From assembly GCA_937867645.1 (NCBI GenBank), contig CALMKE010000073.1, positions 1-59,583 on the forward strand: a stretch of DNA of 59,583 nt. The letters are read 5' to 3'. A program made the translations under genes and the position numbers. Shown piece by piece: positions 46,035-54,603 of this stretch. Source of the DNA: an uncultured Gemmatimonadota bacterium. Its GTDB lineage: Bacteria > Gemmatimonadota > Gemmatimonadetes > Gemmatimonadales > Gemmatimonadaceae. The stretch's first letter is position 1; the number at the start of each line of letters is the position of its first letter. The notes beneath the pieces were generated by a model that was not told the origin of the DNA, ran no database searches, and saw only the letters and a list, made by a program, of their open reading frames with translations.

Positions 46035-48385
46035 GGCGCTGGTGGAACCGTATCCCGAACCGGCCGACGGCTTGGCGAGACCGTATCGCGGGACTGGCCC
46101 GCCCGCGGCAGCGGCGCGGCGCCCGACTGTATCCGCGTCTGGGGATCCGGCTGCCTCACGGGCGGCAGCGGCGGCGGCTGATACTGCGGCTGGGGCTGGG
46201 GCTGCGGCTCCATCGGGACGCCACCCGTCGTGTCGTAGTACGGCGGGTAGATCGCAGGCATGCACTCGCGCGTGGGCTCTGTCCCCGAAATGAAGAACTC
46301 GGTCACGACCGGACCGCCGCCGCAGTACGGTGAGGCCAGAAGACCCGTGCGCAGGTCCACCTCCCGCACGACGATCCCGGGAGGACGCGGCCAGTCGGGC
46401 GGCGCCGGCTTGCGGCGATACACTTCCAGCATGAATGTCGCCCACGCCGGCGCGGCGAGAATGCCGCCCTGCGCGTTCGCCTTGATCTTGCGCGGCCGGT
46501 CGTACCCCATCCACACGCCCGCCACGAGATCGGCGGTGTAGCCGACGAACCACACATCGGTGCCATCGTTGGTGGTGCCGGTCTTTCCGCCCGCAGGGCG
46601 CCGGAAACCCGCGCCCCACACCGCCGTTCCGGTTCCGCGCCGGATGACGTCCTTCATCATGTCCACCATCAGCCACGCTTCCTCGGCAGTCATCACCTGC
46701 GAGTGCGTCGGCGTGGGCTGCCAGAGAATCTCCCCGCGCGCGTTCTCCACGCGCACGATCGCGTGCGGCGTGGCGCGAATCCCGAGATTGGCGAACGCCG
46801 AGTACGCGGAGATTATCTCCAGCGGAAATACTTCGGCCGCGCCGATGTGGATGGAGGGGAACGGGGGGATTGGCGTCGTGAGACCGAAGTTGCGCGCCTC
46901 GCCAATCACCCGCTCCTCGCCGAGCTCCATGCCGAGGTTGATGGTCGCGAGGTTGCGCGACATGTACAGCCCGCGCCGCATCGGGATCGGGCCCTCGAAG
47001 CGGCCGTCGAAGTTGCGCGGGGACCAGTCGCTGCCGCCCATGTTCGCCAGGTTGATGGACGTGTCCATGATGACGTACGAGGGCGGGCGGCCGTTCTTGA
47101 TCGCGGTCGCGTACACGAACGGCTTGAACGTCGAGCCCGGCTGGCGCATCGCCTGCACCGCGCGGTTGAACTTGGAGTCGTCGAAGTCGCGCCCGCCCAC
47201 CATCGCGCGGACCGCGCCGCTCTGCGGCTCGAGCGCCAGGAAGGCGCCCTGCAGGTACGGCGAGTTGCCCGGCGTGGTCTCGTCGCCGGAGATTTTCCGC
47301 GCGATGTACCGCTCGTAGCTCTCCTTGCCGAACGCGCCGTACCTGCCGCTCTCGATGGCGCGCAGCTGCTGCTCCAGCGCGCGCTCCGCCGCGGACTGCA
47401 TGTCGAGGTCGAGCGTGGTGTAGACCTTGAGTCCCTGCTCGTACAGCTGGCGGCCGAACTGGTCGTCGAGCTGCTGGCGCACCCACTCCACGTAGTACGG
47501 CGCGATGTCGCCTGATTCAGTCCGCTCCGCCAGCCGCAGGGGATAAGCCTTGGCGAGGCTGGCGTCCGCGTCGCTGATGACTTCCTCGCGCCGCATCAGC
47601 TCGATGACGGTGTTTCTCCGCTGGATCGCGCGCTCGGGATACCGGCGGGGATTGTACCTTGACGGGGCCTTCGGAAGCGCGGCCAGCATGGCCGCCTCGG
47701 CGAGGTTGAGATCGCGCACCGACTTGCCGAAGTACCGCTGGGACGCGGTCTCCACGCCGTAGGAGCCGCTGCCGAGGTCGATCTGATTGAGATACAGCTC
47801 GAGGATCTTTTCCTTGGTAAAGCGATTCTCGATCCCGCGCGCGACTTTGCCCTCCTTGATCTTCCGGACGAGCGTCTTCTCGCGCGAGATGGATTCCGGG
47901 AAGATGTTGCGGGCGAGCTGCATCGTGATCGTGGAGAATCCTTCGCGCCATCCGCCGGCGAGGACGTTGTGCAGGGCGGCGCCGAACACCCGCTGCCAGT
48001 CGATTCCCGCGTGCGAGTAAAAGCGCTTGTCCTCCGTGACGACGAACGCGTCCTTCACCACCTGCGGTATCTCGTCGAGCTTCACGAGCGTGCGCCGCTC
48101 GAGCCCGATCTCGGCGATGAACCGCCCGTCCACCGCGTACAGCTTGGACGTCTGGTTGGGCGTGTACTCGTCCAGCTCCTCGATGGCGGGGCACTGCCCG
48201 CCGCGGCACACCAGCGCCCAGGAGGCGTACAGCAGCCCGGCGGCGAAAGAGACCATCAGCGTCGCGCCCAGCGCGATCGCGCGCAGCAGGACCGGATGGT
48301 TCTTCCTGAACGCCGCAAACCGGCCGCGCGACTTTCCCCGCGACGGACGGCGGGGGGCGGGAGGTGACATGATCGAAATGTACAA
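46031..48385 (-). CDS. mrcA: Penicillin-binding protein 1A (bifunctional glycosyltransferase/transpeptidase)
   Basis: 784 aa. The GT51 motifs are EDKRFYSHAGIDW and RKIKE. The transpeptidase motifs are SxxK (STFKPFVYA), SRN and KTGTTND. The C-terminal tail is Pro-rich. Confidence 0.93.
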   Translation of the reverse strand: MYISIMSPPAPRRPSRGKSRGRFAAFRKNHPVLLRAIALGATLMVSFAAGLLYASWALVCRGGQCPAIEELDEYTPNQTSKLYAVDGRFIAEIGLERRTLVKLDEIPQVVKDAFVVTEDKRFYSHAGIDWQRVFGAALHNVLAGGWREGFSTITMQLARNIFPESISREKTLVRKIKEGKVARGIENRFTKEKILELYLNQIDLGSGSYGVETASQRYFGKSVRDLNLAEAAMLAALPKAPSRYNPRRYPERAIQRRNTVIELMRREEVISDADASLAKAYPLRLAERTESGDIAPYYVEWVRQQLDDQFGRQLYEQGLKVYTTLDLDMQSAAERALEQQLRAIESGRYGAFGKESYERYIARKISGDETTPGNSPYLQGAFLALEPQSGAVRAMVGGRDFDDSKFNRAVQAMRQPGSTFKPFVYATAIKNGRPPSYVIMDTSINLANMGGSDWSPRNFDGRFEGPIPMRRGLYMSRNLATINLGMELGEERVIGEARNFGLTTPIPPFPSIHIGAAEVFPLEIISAYSAFANLGIRATPHAIVRVENARGEILWQPTPTHSQVMTAEEAWLMVDMMKDVIRRGTGTAVWGAGFRRPAGGKTGTTNDGTDVWFVGYTADLVAGVWMGYDRPRKIKANAQGGILAAPAWATFMLEVYRRKPAPPDWPRPPGIVVREVDLRTGLLASPYCGGGPVVTEFFISGTEPTRECMPAIYPPYYDTTGGVPMEPQPQPQPQYQPPPLPPVRQPDPQTRIQSGAAPLPRAGQSRDTVSPSRRPVRDTVPPAP

Positions 48386-48412
48386 GTGGGGCGGAGCGCG
48401 TACCTTTGTCGC

Positions 48413-49678
48413 ATGGTGAAACGCGCGGATCTGGTCGAAGAGCTGACGTGGCGGGGATTGCTATACCAGCAGACGGAGGGAGCGGCTAAGGCGCTCGCCG
48501 CCGGCAGCCTGTCAGGCTACGCGGGATTCGACCCCACCGCGCCGAGCCTGCACGTCGGCAGCCTCGTGCCGATCATGGGGCTGGTGCACCTCCAGCGCGC
48601 GGGACACACGCCTGTCGCACTCGTCGGCGGCGGGACCGCGCTGATCGGCGACCCCAGCGGCAAGGCGAGCGAGCGGCAGCTGCTCGACGAGGAGACCGTG
48701 CGCGCGAACGGCTCCGCGATCCTCGCGCAGCTCGAGCACTTTCTCGATTTCTCCGGGCCGTACGCCGCCGTCTCCGCCGACAATTCGGAGTGGCTGCGCG
48801 GGCTCGACCTGCTCGAATTCCTCCGCGATACCGGCAAGTATTTCACCGTCAACTACATGCTCGCCAAGGAATCGGTGAAAGCGCGCATCGAGACGGGGAT
48901 CTCGTTCACCGAGTTCGCCTACATGCTGCTGCAGGCGTACGATTTCCTGGAGCTGCACCGGCGGCGCGGCGTGACGCTGCAGCTCGGGGGCAGCGATCAG
49001 TGGGGGAACATCACCGCGGGCATCGAGCTGATCCGGCGCGCCGGCGGCGCGGAAGCGCACGGCATCACGCTGCCGCTCGTGAGCACCGCCGAGGGCACGA
49101 AGTTCGGAAAGACCGAGGCGGGGACTGTCTGGCTCGATCCCGTCCGCACGAGTCCGTACCAGTTCTATCAGTTCTGGATCAACGCGGAGGATCGTGACGC
49201 CGGGTCATACCTCAGGATGTTCACGCTGCTCTCGCGGGCGGAAATCGAGGAGCTCGATTCGCTGCTTCAGTCACAACCGGAGAAGCGCGAGGCTCAGCGC
49301 GCGCTGGCGGCGGACGTGACCACCCGCGTGCATGGAGTGGACGCCGCTCGCATCGCGGAGGAAGTCTCGTCGGTTCTCTTCGGCAAGCGGGACGCCGCCG
49401 AGTTATCCCTCCCGGTGATCGAGGCGTTGTCCCGGGAGATTCCATTCGCCGAGGTGGAGCGAAGCGCGCCGACATCCGTCGCCGATCTGGTGGTCACCGC
49501 GGGCCTGGCGCCGTCGAAGGGCGCGGCGCGGCGGCTGCTCGACCAGGGCGGGGTGTACGTCAACGGCGCGCGAGCCGCCGCGGACCTCGACCTCGGCTCG
49601 GTTGCCCCGTTACCCGGGAATCACCTGCTGCTGCGGAAAGGGGCGAGGCAGTACGGCCTGATCAGGCTGCGCGGATAA
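48413..49678 (+). CDS. tyrS: Tyrosine--tRNA ligase
   Basis: The ATG at 48413 gives MVKRADLVEELTWRGLLYQQT. The HIGH-type motif is PSLHVGSL and the KMSKS-type motif is KFGKT. A C-terminal S4-like domain is present. Confidence 0.93.
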   Translation: MVKRADLVEELTWRGLLYQQTEGAAKALAAGSLSGYAGFDPTAPSLHVGSLVPIMGLVHLQRAGHTPVALVGGGTALIGDPSGKASERQLLDEETVRANGSAILAQLEHFLDFSGPYAAVSADNSEWLRGLDLLEFLRDTGKYFTVNYMLAKESVKARIETGISFTEFAYMLLQAYDFLELHRRRGVTLQLGGSDQWGNITAGIELIRRAGGAEAHGITLPLVSTAEGTKFGKTEAGTVWLDPVRTSPYQFYQFWINAEDRDAGSYLRMFTLLSRAEIEELDSLLQSQPEKREAQRALAADVTTRVHGVDAARIAEEVSSVLFGKRDAAELSLPVIEALSREIPFAEVERSAPTSVADLVVTAGLAPSKGAARRLLDQGGVYVNGARAAADLDLGSVAPLPGNHLLLRKGARQYGLIRLRG

Positions 49679-49681
49679 CCC

Positions 49682-50173
49682 TCAGGATTTCGCGCTCGAA
49701 GCGACCCGCTGGAGCGAATCCCCGCTCAGCCGGTAAGTAAGCCAGCCGCTCAGCGGCTCCGCGCCGATAGCGTCGTACACGCGGATCGCCGATTCATTCC
49801 AGCGCAACACGGCCCACTCCATTCGCCCGTAGCCGCGCTCGAGCGCGATGGACGCGAGCTTCGCGAGCAGCAGCTTCCCCACGCCGCGACCGCGCAGATG
49901 CTCCCGCACGTACAGGTCCTCGAGATGCATCCCGCGGCGGCTCAGGTGCGTGGAGTAATTCTCGAAGTACAAAGCGAATCCGGCCGGCTCCTCGCCGATG
50001 AAGGCGAGCACTACCTCGGCCGCCGGCCGCTCGCCGAACAGATTCTCCGCGACCGATTCGTCGTCGGCGACGCACGTGTGCGCCAGCTTCTCGTACTCGG
50101 CCAGCTCCTGTATGAGCTGCGTGATGAGCGGGACGTCGGCCCGCGTGGCAGGTCGCAGCGTCGGGGCGCTCAC
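49682..50173 (-). CDS. GNAT-family N-acetyltransferase (diamine/SSAT-like)
   Basis: The GTG at 50173 overlaps the upstream stop (GTGA). The 163-aa product has LRPATRADVPLITQLIQELAEYE... and the acetyl-CoA motif LRGRGVGKLLL. Confidence 0.8.
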   Translation of the reverse strand: MSAPTLRPATRADVPLITQLIQELAEYEKLAHTCVADDESVAENLFGERPAAEVVLAFIGEEPAGFALYFENYSTHLSRRGMHLEDLYVREHLRGRGVGKLLLAKLASIALERGYGRMEWAVLRWNESAIRVYDAIGAEPLSGWLTYRLSGDSLQRVASSAKS

Positions 50174-51345
50174 GGCGCCTTGACGAGCTTGCCGACGCTC
50201 CCGCCGTGGGAGATGACGTACAGCTCGCCGTCCCGATCCTCGCCGAACGACGTGATCGTCCCGCCGACCCCCGCGTTCCACTCCCGCACGTCCGTCGCCG
50301 CGCCGTTCACGAGCCGGAAGCTTCGCAACCCGCCCTTGCAGTAGTCGGAGAAGAAATACAGACCAGCGACCTCCGGGATCGCGCTTCCCCGGTACACGAA
50401 GCCTCCGGTCACGGCGCAGTTTCCATTGGCGGTGTCATACTCGTGCACGGGGAGCGTCAAATTCGTCTGGTCGCAGATGCCGAGCAGCCCGGTGCAGCGA
50501 GTGCCCTCCATGATCTTCCAGCCATAGTTGACCCCGGCCGTCGTACGCGCGACAGCGTCGATTTCCTCCCTGGCGTTTTGCCCCACGTCGCCGATGTAAA
50601 GCATGTTGCCGGTGCGATCGAACGAAAACCGCCACGGGTTGCGCAGTCCGTACGCCCATATCTCCCCGCGCATCCCGGCCTGATTCACGAAGGGGTTGTC
50701 GGACGGAATCGAGTATGGCGCCTGATTCGAAGGATTCACGTCCAGCCGCAGAAGCTTCCCGAGCAGCACGTTGCGGTTCTGCGCGTTGTTCGGCGGATCG
50801 TTGCCGGCTCCCCCATCCCCGGTGCCGATGTACAGGAAGCCATCCTGCCCGAACGCGAGCTGCCCGCCGTTGTGATTGGTGTTGCTCGGGTGCGGAATGC
50901 CGATGATCGTCCTCGCCGTCGCCGGGTCGGCGGTGTTCGAGGTGGCGCTCGGCGCGGTGTAGCGCTCGATCAGGAGGTCGCCGTTCTTGTCGGTGTAGTA
51001 GACGTAGAAGTGCCTGTTGGTGGCGTACTGAGGATGGAACGCGACGCTCAGCAGCCCCTGCTCGCCGCCGTCCATCACCTTCCCGGTGATGTCGAGAAAC
51101 GGTATTGCCAGCAGCTGTCCGTTCTGAAAAACCCGGATCTTTCCGGGCTGCTCGACAATGAACAGCCGGGCGTCGTTGGGAGGTGACGCGAGATGCACCG
51201 GCGACGTCAGCCCCGTCGTGACGACGGGCTGCAAGGCGAGATTCACGCCCGGTGGCGTAATGACGCCGGGTTCGCCGGGACCGCCGTTTCCGGAACAGCT
51301 CAGCACGAGCAGCGCCGCGGCCATCTTCATCGATTCATTCCTCAT
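50170..51345 (-). CDS. PQQ-dependent sugar dehydrogenase (soluble glucose/sorbosone dehydrogenase family), lipoprotein-like
   Basis: The signal/lipobox is MKMAAALLVLSCSG. Family strings are GLLSVAFHPQY, HNGGQLAFGQDGFLYIGTGDGG, IWAYGLRNPWRFSFD and YIGDVGQN. Confidence 0.85.
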   Translation of the reverse strand: MRNESMKMAAALLVLSCSGNGGPGEPGVITPPGVNLALQPVVTTGLTSPVHLASPPNDARLFIVEQPGKIRVFQNGQLLAIPFLDITGKVMDGGEQGLLSVAFHPQYATNRHFYVYYTDKNGDLLIERYTAPSATSNTADPATARTIIGIPHPSNTNHNGGQLAFGQDGFLYIGTGDGGAGNDPPNNAQNRNVLLGKLLRLDVNPSNQAPYSIPSDNPFVNQAGMRGEIWAYGLRNPWRFSFDRTGNMLYIGDVGQNAREEIDAVARTTAGVNYGWKIMEGTRCTGLLGICDQTNLTLPVHEYDTANGNCAVTGGFVYRGSAIPEVAGLYFFSDYCKGGLRSFRLVNGAATDVREWNAGVGGTITSFGEDRDGELYVISHGGSVGKLVKAP

Positions 51346-52283
51346 GGGATCGTCCCGGGCTGAGTCGGGGCCGACGTCGCCAGCTCGGCTTCGCTCGGCA
51401 CCTCCGCCTCGGTCAGGTTCTCGTTCGCGTTCGGCATCTTCGTCTCGACGAACCGCGGGTCGAGAGCGTCACGCAGCGCGTCACCCAGCAGGTTGAACCC
51501 CAGGACCGACGCGCCGATCGCGACGCCGGGAAACACCGAAGTCCACGGCGCGTTCCGGAGCTGATCCAGGTCGCGCCCGTCGGCGATCATCGAGCCCCAG
51601 CTCGGCGTCGGTGGCTGCACGCCCAGGCCGAGAAATGACAACGCGGCCTCCGCCATGATCGCGCCCGCAACTCCGAGCGTCGCGGCGATCACCACGGGAG
51701 CGATGACGTTCGGCAGAACGTGCTTCACGATGATGGTCCTGTCCCTGGCGCCCAGAGCCCGGATTGCCTGCACGTACTCGAGCTGCCGAACCACCAGCAC
51801 CTGACCGCGAACGAGCCGCGCCATCCCCGCCCATCCCACGACTCCGATTGTCGCGAACACCACGACCATGGAAGGTTGCAGCGCCGCGACCATGGCGATC
51901 AGCAGCAACAGCGTGGGGAACGCCAGCGTAACGTCCGCGAGCCGCATCACCAGCTCGTCTATCCACCCGCCGTAATACCCCGCGACGAGGCCGAGCAGCA
52001 CTCCGAGGAAGAGCGCGATTCCCTGGGAGATCACGCCGACCGCGATGGACACCCGCGCGCCGTACACGAGTCGGGCCCACACGTCGCGTCCCTGGATGTC
52101 GGTGCCCATCCAGTGATCGCCGGACGGCTGCTCGAGCATGCCGGCAAGATCGATCCCGATCGGATCGTGCACGGCGAGGAGCGGCGCGAAGATAGCCGCG
52201 CCGATGATCAGCGCGACTATCACCAGCCCGATCTGCGCGCGCCGATCGCGCAGGAGTCGGCGCCGCTGCTTGGGATCTAGCAT
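51342..52283 (-). CDS. ABC transporter permease, DppC/OppC type
   Basis: 313 aa with six hydrophobic segments. The EAA-loop region is YVQAIRALGARDRTIIVKHVLPNV. No partner permease, ATPase or binding-protein gene lies adjacent. Confidence 0.85.
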   Translation of the reverse strand: MLDPKQRRRLLRDRRAQIGLVIVALIIGAAIFAPLLAVHDPIGIDLAGMLEQPSGDHWMGTDIQGRDVWARLVYGARVSIAVGVISQGIALFLGVLLGLVAGYYGGWIDELVMRLADVTLAFPTLLLLIAMVAALQPSMVVVFATIGVVGWAGMARLVRGQVLVVRQLEYVQAIRALGARDRTIIVKHVLPNVIAPVVIAATLGVAGAIMAEAALSFLGLGVQPPTPSWGSMIADGRDLDQLRNAPWTSVFPGVAIGASVLGFNLLGDALRDALDPRFVETKMPNANENLTEAEVPSEAELATSAPTQPGTIP

Positions 52284-52287
52284 GGCA

Positions 52288-53217
52288 TCATGTCGGTTCC
52301 GCCGCGGGATCGCGCAGCTCCGGCGGAGTGTCCGGCGGCTGCCTGCGCCATCTGCGGTGTTGCCAGAAATATTGCTCCGGCGCGCGTCGAACCCACTTCT
52401 CGAGAACGCGCGTGAAGCGTAGCACCAGGGCGTCCACGTCGCTTTCGCGGTTCCCCGTATCGATCACCGGGATGTCCTCGAACCCCACCAGATACGTTCC
52501 GTCGGGCTTGCGCAATGCCGTGGCGAACACGACAGGCGAACCGAACCGGAGCGCGAACACCGCGGCGCCGCGCGGCGTCTTGGCGGGACGGCCGAAAAAC
52601 GGCACGAACGTGGACGCGAGGCCGCGGACACCCTGATCCGCGACGAAGCCCACCGCTCGCCCTTCGCGCAGAGCTCGCGGCGTGTGTCTAACAGCCTGCG
52701 CGTCATAGACGACCTTCACCCCGAGCTGCTCCCGCGTCTGGTTCAGATACGCATCGAACAATGGGTTCCCCATCCTTCGGACGATCACGTCGAGCGGGAT
52801 TCCGCGCGCCGCCATGTACGCGGCCGCCAGCTCCCAGTTGCCCAGGTGCCCGGCGACAACGACGATGCCCTTCCCGCCGGCTTGCGCGCGCTCGACAGCT
52901 TCCCAGTTCTCGACCTCGCTGACCAGTCGCAAAACACCTGCCTGCCCGAGTCCAGGCAGCAGGGCCGTCTCGATGGCCGACTGGCCCAGGTGGCGGTAGG
53001 AGGCGCGCGCCATCTCCGCCACTTGTTCCTCGCTAAGCTCCGGGAACGCGGCCGCGATCTGCCGCTCGACTACCCGCCGGCGGACGCCGAGAGGCCTGAA
53101 CCCGAGAGCACCGACCGAAGCTCCCACGCGCCCCGCGCTGCCCCAGGGAACTACGCCGAGCGCGCGCACGAGTCCCCGCAGAGCGCCGTACTCGGCGCGG
53201 TGTCGCAGGGATTTCAT
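52288..53217 (-). CDS. Lipid A biosynthesis (LpxL/HtrB-like) lysophospholipid acyltransferase family protein
   Basis: The ATG at 53217 (ATGA overlap with the upstream stop) gives MKSLRHRAEYGALR... The catalytic-type motif is AGHLGNWELAA. The overall length and layout match late acyltransferases. Confidence 0.75.
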   Translation of the reverse strand: MKSLRHRAEYGALRGLVRALGVVPWGSAGRVGASVGALGFRPLGVRRRVVERQIAAAFPELSEEQVAEMARASYRHLGQSAIETALLPGLGQAGVLRLVSEVENWEAVERAQAGGKGIVVVAGHLGNWELAAAYMAARGIPLDVIVRRMGNPLFDAYLNQTREQLGVKVVYDAQAVRHTPRALREGRAVGFVADQGVRGLASTFVPFFGRPAKTPRGAAVFALRFGSPVVFATALRKPDGTYLVGFEDIPVIDTGNRESDVDALVLRFTRVLEKWVRRAPEQYFWQHRRWRRQPPDTPPELRDPAAEPT

Positions 53218-54377
53218 CGCCGGGTAACGTCCCGCGCGAGCTGGCGGGTGTCCCGCGCCACGCGTTCCCAGTTGTAGTGCGTCTCGACCGCGGCCCGGCC
53301 GGCTCTTCCCATCGAAGTGCGCATTGCGTCGTCCCGTAACAACAGCTCGATAGCGCCGGCTATCGCGCCGACGTCCGTAGGTGAAACCAGCAAGCCGGTC
53401 TCGCCGTCGCGGACGGCCGAGCGCACGCCGCCCGAATCTCCGGCGACCGTTGGAAGCCCGCACGCCGCCGCCTCGATGAACGAGATACCGAAGCCCTCGA
53501 CGTCTATATCACGGTCCACCCGCGACGCCCCGAGGTACACGGTCGCGGTCGCATAAGCCTCCGGCAGCTCTGCGTCCTTCAGTACTCCGGCAAACACCAC
53601 CCGATCGGCCACGCCCAAACTGTCCGCCAGAGACCGCAGTCTCTCCTCTTCCGGACCTTCGCCCACCAGCACGTAGCGGAGCTCCGGAAATTCCGGCCGG
53701 AGTCTCGCCAGCGCCTGGATCCCGACGTCCTGGCCTTTGTGCGTCACCAGCCGCGCGACCGTAATAACGAGCGGTCCGCTGCCCACGTTCCAGCGCCGGC
53801 GCAGCGCGCCCGTGTCGGCCGCCGGGTGAAACCACTCGGGATCGGTACCAAGATCGAACGCGTGCACCGGCGGCGGACCGCGCACTCCCACCAGATCCAT
53901 CACCTCGGCGGAAAGATCCGCGACCCAGCGTGACGTCGCGACGACGCCCGTCGCGGAGGAGAAGATGCGGCGGGCCGACAGCCGCCCGGCCAGACCCCTC
54001 GCCTTGCGCTTCTCGCGGAGCAGGTCGCCGCCGTTCACGTATAAGAGATAGGGGATCCGCGCTCGGCGCGACGCCCACCACGCGGCGTAGCCCGACGCCC
54101 GAATGTTGCCGGCGTGAATGATGTCGAAGCCCGGCGCGATCGCTGACACGTCGCGCATCCAGCGGACGCGGTTCCGCGTGCGATTCGCCCGCGGAAAGCC
54201 GAACTTCTGGCGGAGTATCGGATACGACTCACCCTTGTCGAACGCGCCGCCGTCCGTCGCGGCCACGGTGGAGACCGTCACGACGTCCGGCGCGAGCCGC
54301 CGGCATATCTCGACGTGGCGTCTCGCCATGCCGCCGAGGTCAGGTCCGTAGTCCTGTGTGACGAAGAGATGCCTCAC
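53214..54377 (-). CDS. Glycosyltransferase family 4 (GT-B)
   Basis: The GTG at 54377 gives VRHLFVTQDYGPDLGGMARRH (a typical GT4 N-terminus). The C-terminal E-x7-E region is EGFGISFIEAAACGLPTVAGDSGG. The longer track ORF (to 54446) runs into the arm of repeat E2. Confidence 0.85.
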   Translation of the reverse strand: MRHLFVTQDYGPDLGGMARRHVEICRRLAPDVVTVSTVAATDGGAFDKGESYPILRQKFGFPRANRTRNRVRWMRDVSAIAPGFDIIHAGNIRASGYAAWWASRRARIPYLLYVNGGDLLREKRKARGLAGRLSARRIFSSATGVVATSRWVADLSAEVMDLVGVRGPPPVHAFDLGTDPEWFHPAADTGALRRRWNVGSGPLVITVARLVTHKGQDVGIQALARLRPEFPELRYVLVGEGPEEERLRSLADSLGVADRVVFAGVLKDAELPEAYATATVYLGASRVDRDIDVEGFGISFIEAAACGLPTVAGDSGGVRSAVRDGETGLLVSPTDVGAIAGAIELLLRDDAMRTSMGRAGRAAVETHYNWERVARDTRQLARDVTRR

Positions 54378-54408
54378 GGCGCTCCGGCAATGGCTAGATG
54401 AGGAAGGA

Positions 54409-54579
54409 GGATTGCGGACGGAGGACCCATGCGGCCTCAGGACCAAAAAGCAACCGAGGATCTACGATTGAGTGAGGACTGAGGATGAGCGGAACCAAGG
54501 GTCTCCTCAGTCCTCACTTAATCGCCGATCCTCAGTTGTAGTTGGTCCTGAGGCCGCATGGGTCCTCCGTCCGCAATCC
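54409..54579. repeat. Long intergenic inverted-repeat hairpin element E2
   Basis: There are three nested perfect stems. The outer is 36 bp (54409-54444 ggattgcggacggaggacccatgcggcctcaggacc with 54544-54579). The middle is 7 bp gaggatc/gatcctc (54456-62 / 54527-33). The inner is 15 bp agtgaggactgagga/tcctcagtcctcact (54471-85 / 54504-18). The apical loop is 18 nt. Confidence 0.9.
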
Positions 54580-54603
54580 CGAAGTCGATGCCTTCCTTCA
54601 CGG

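Noticed and set aside
44688-47486. 932-aa minus-strand ORF presented as one protein
   Set aside because: Only the C-terminal 448 aa (from GTG 46034) look like a real amidohydrolase. The N-terminal ~480 aa are an out-of-frame read across the PBP1A gene (46031-48385), whose own frame has GT51 and SxxK/KTG motifs.
54378-54446. TTG-initiated N-terminal extension of the GT4 gene
   Set aside because: It translates the left arm of hairpin element E2. The GT4 fold begins at VRHLFVTQDYG (GTG 54377) with GGAG upstream.
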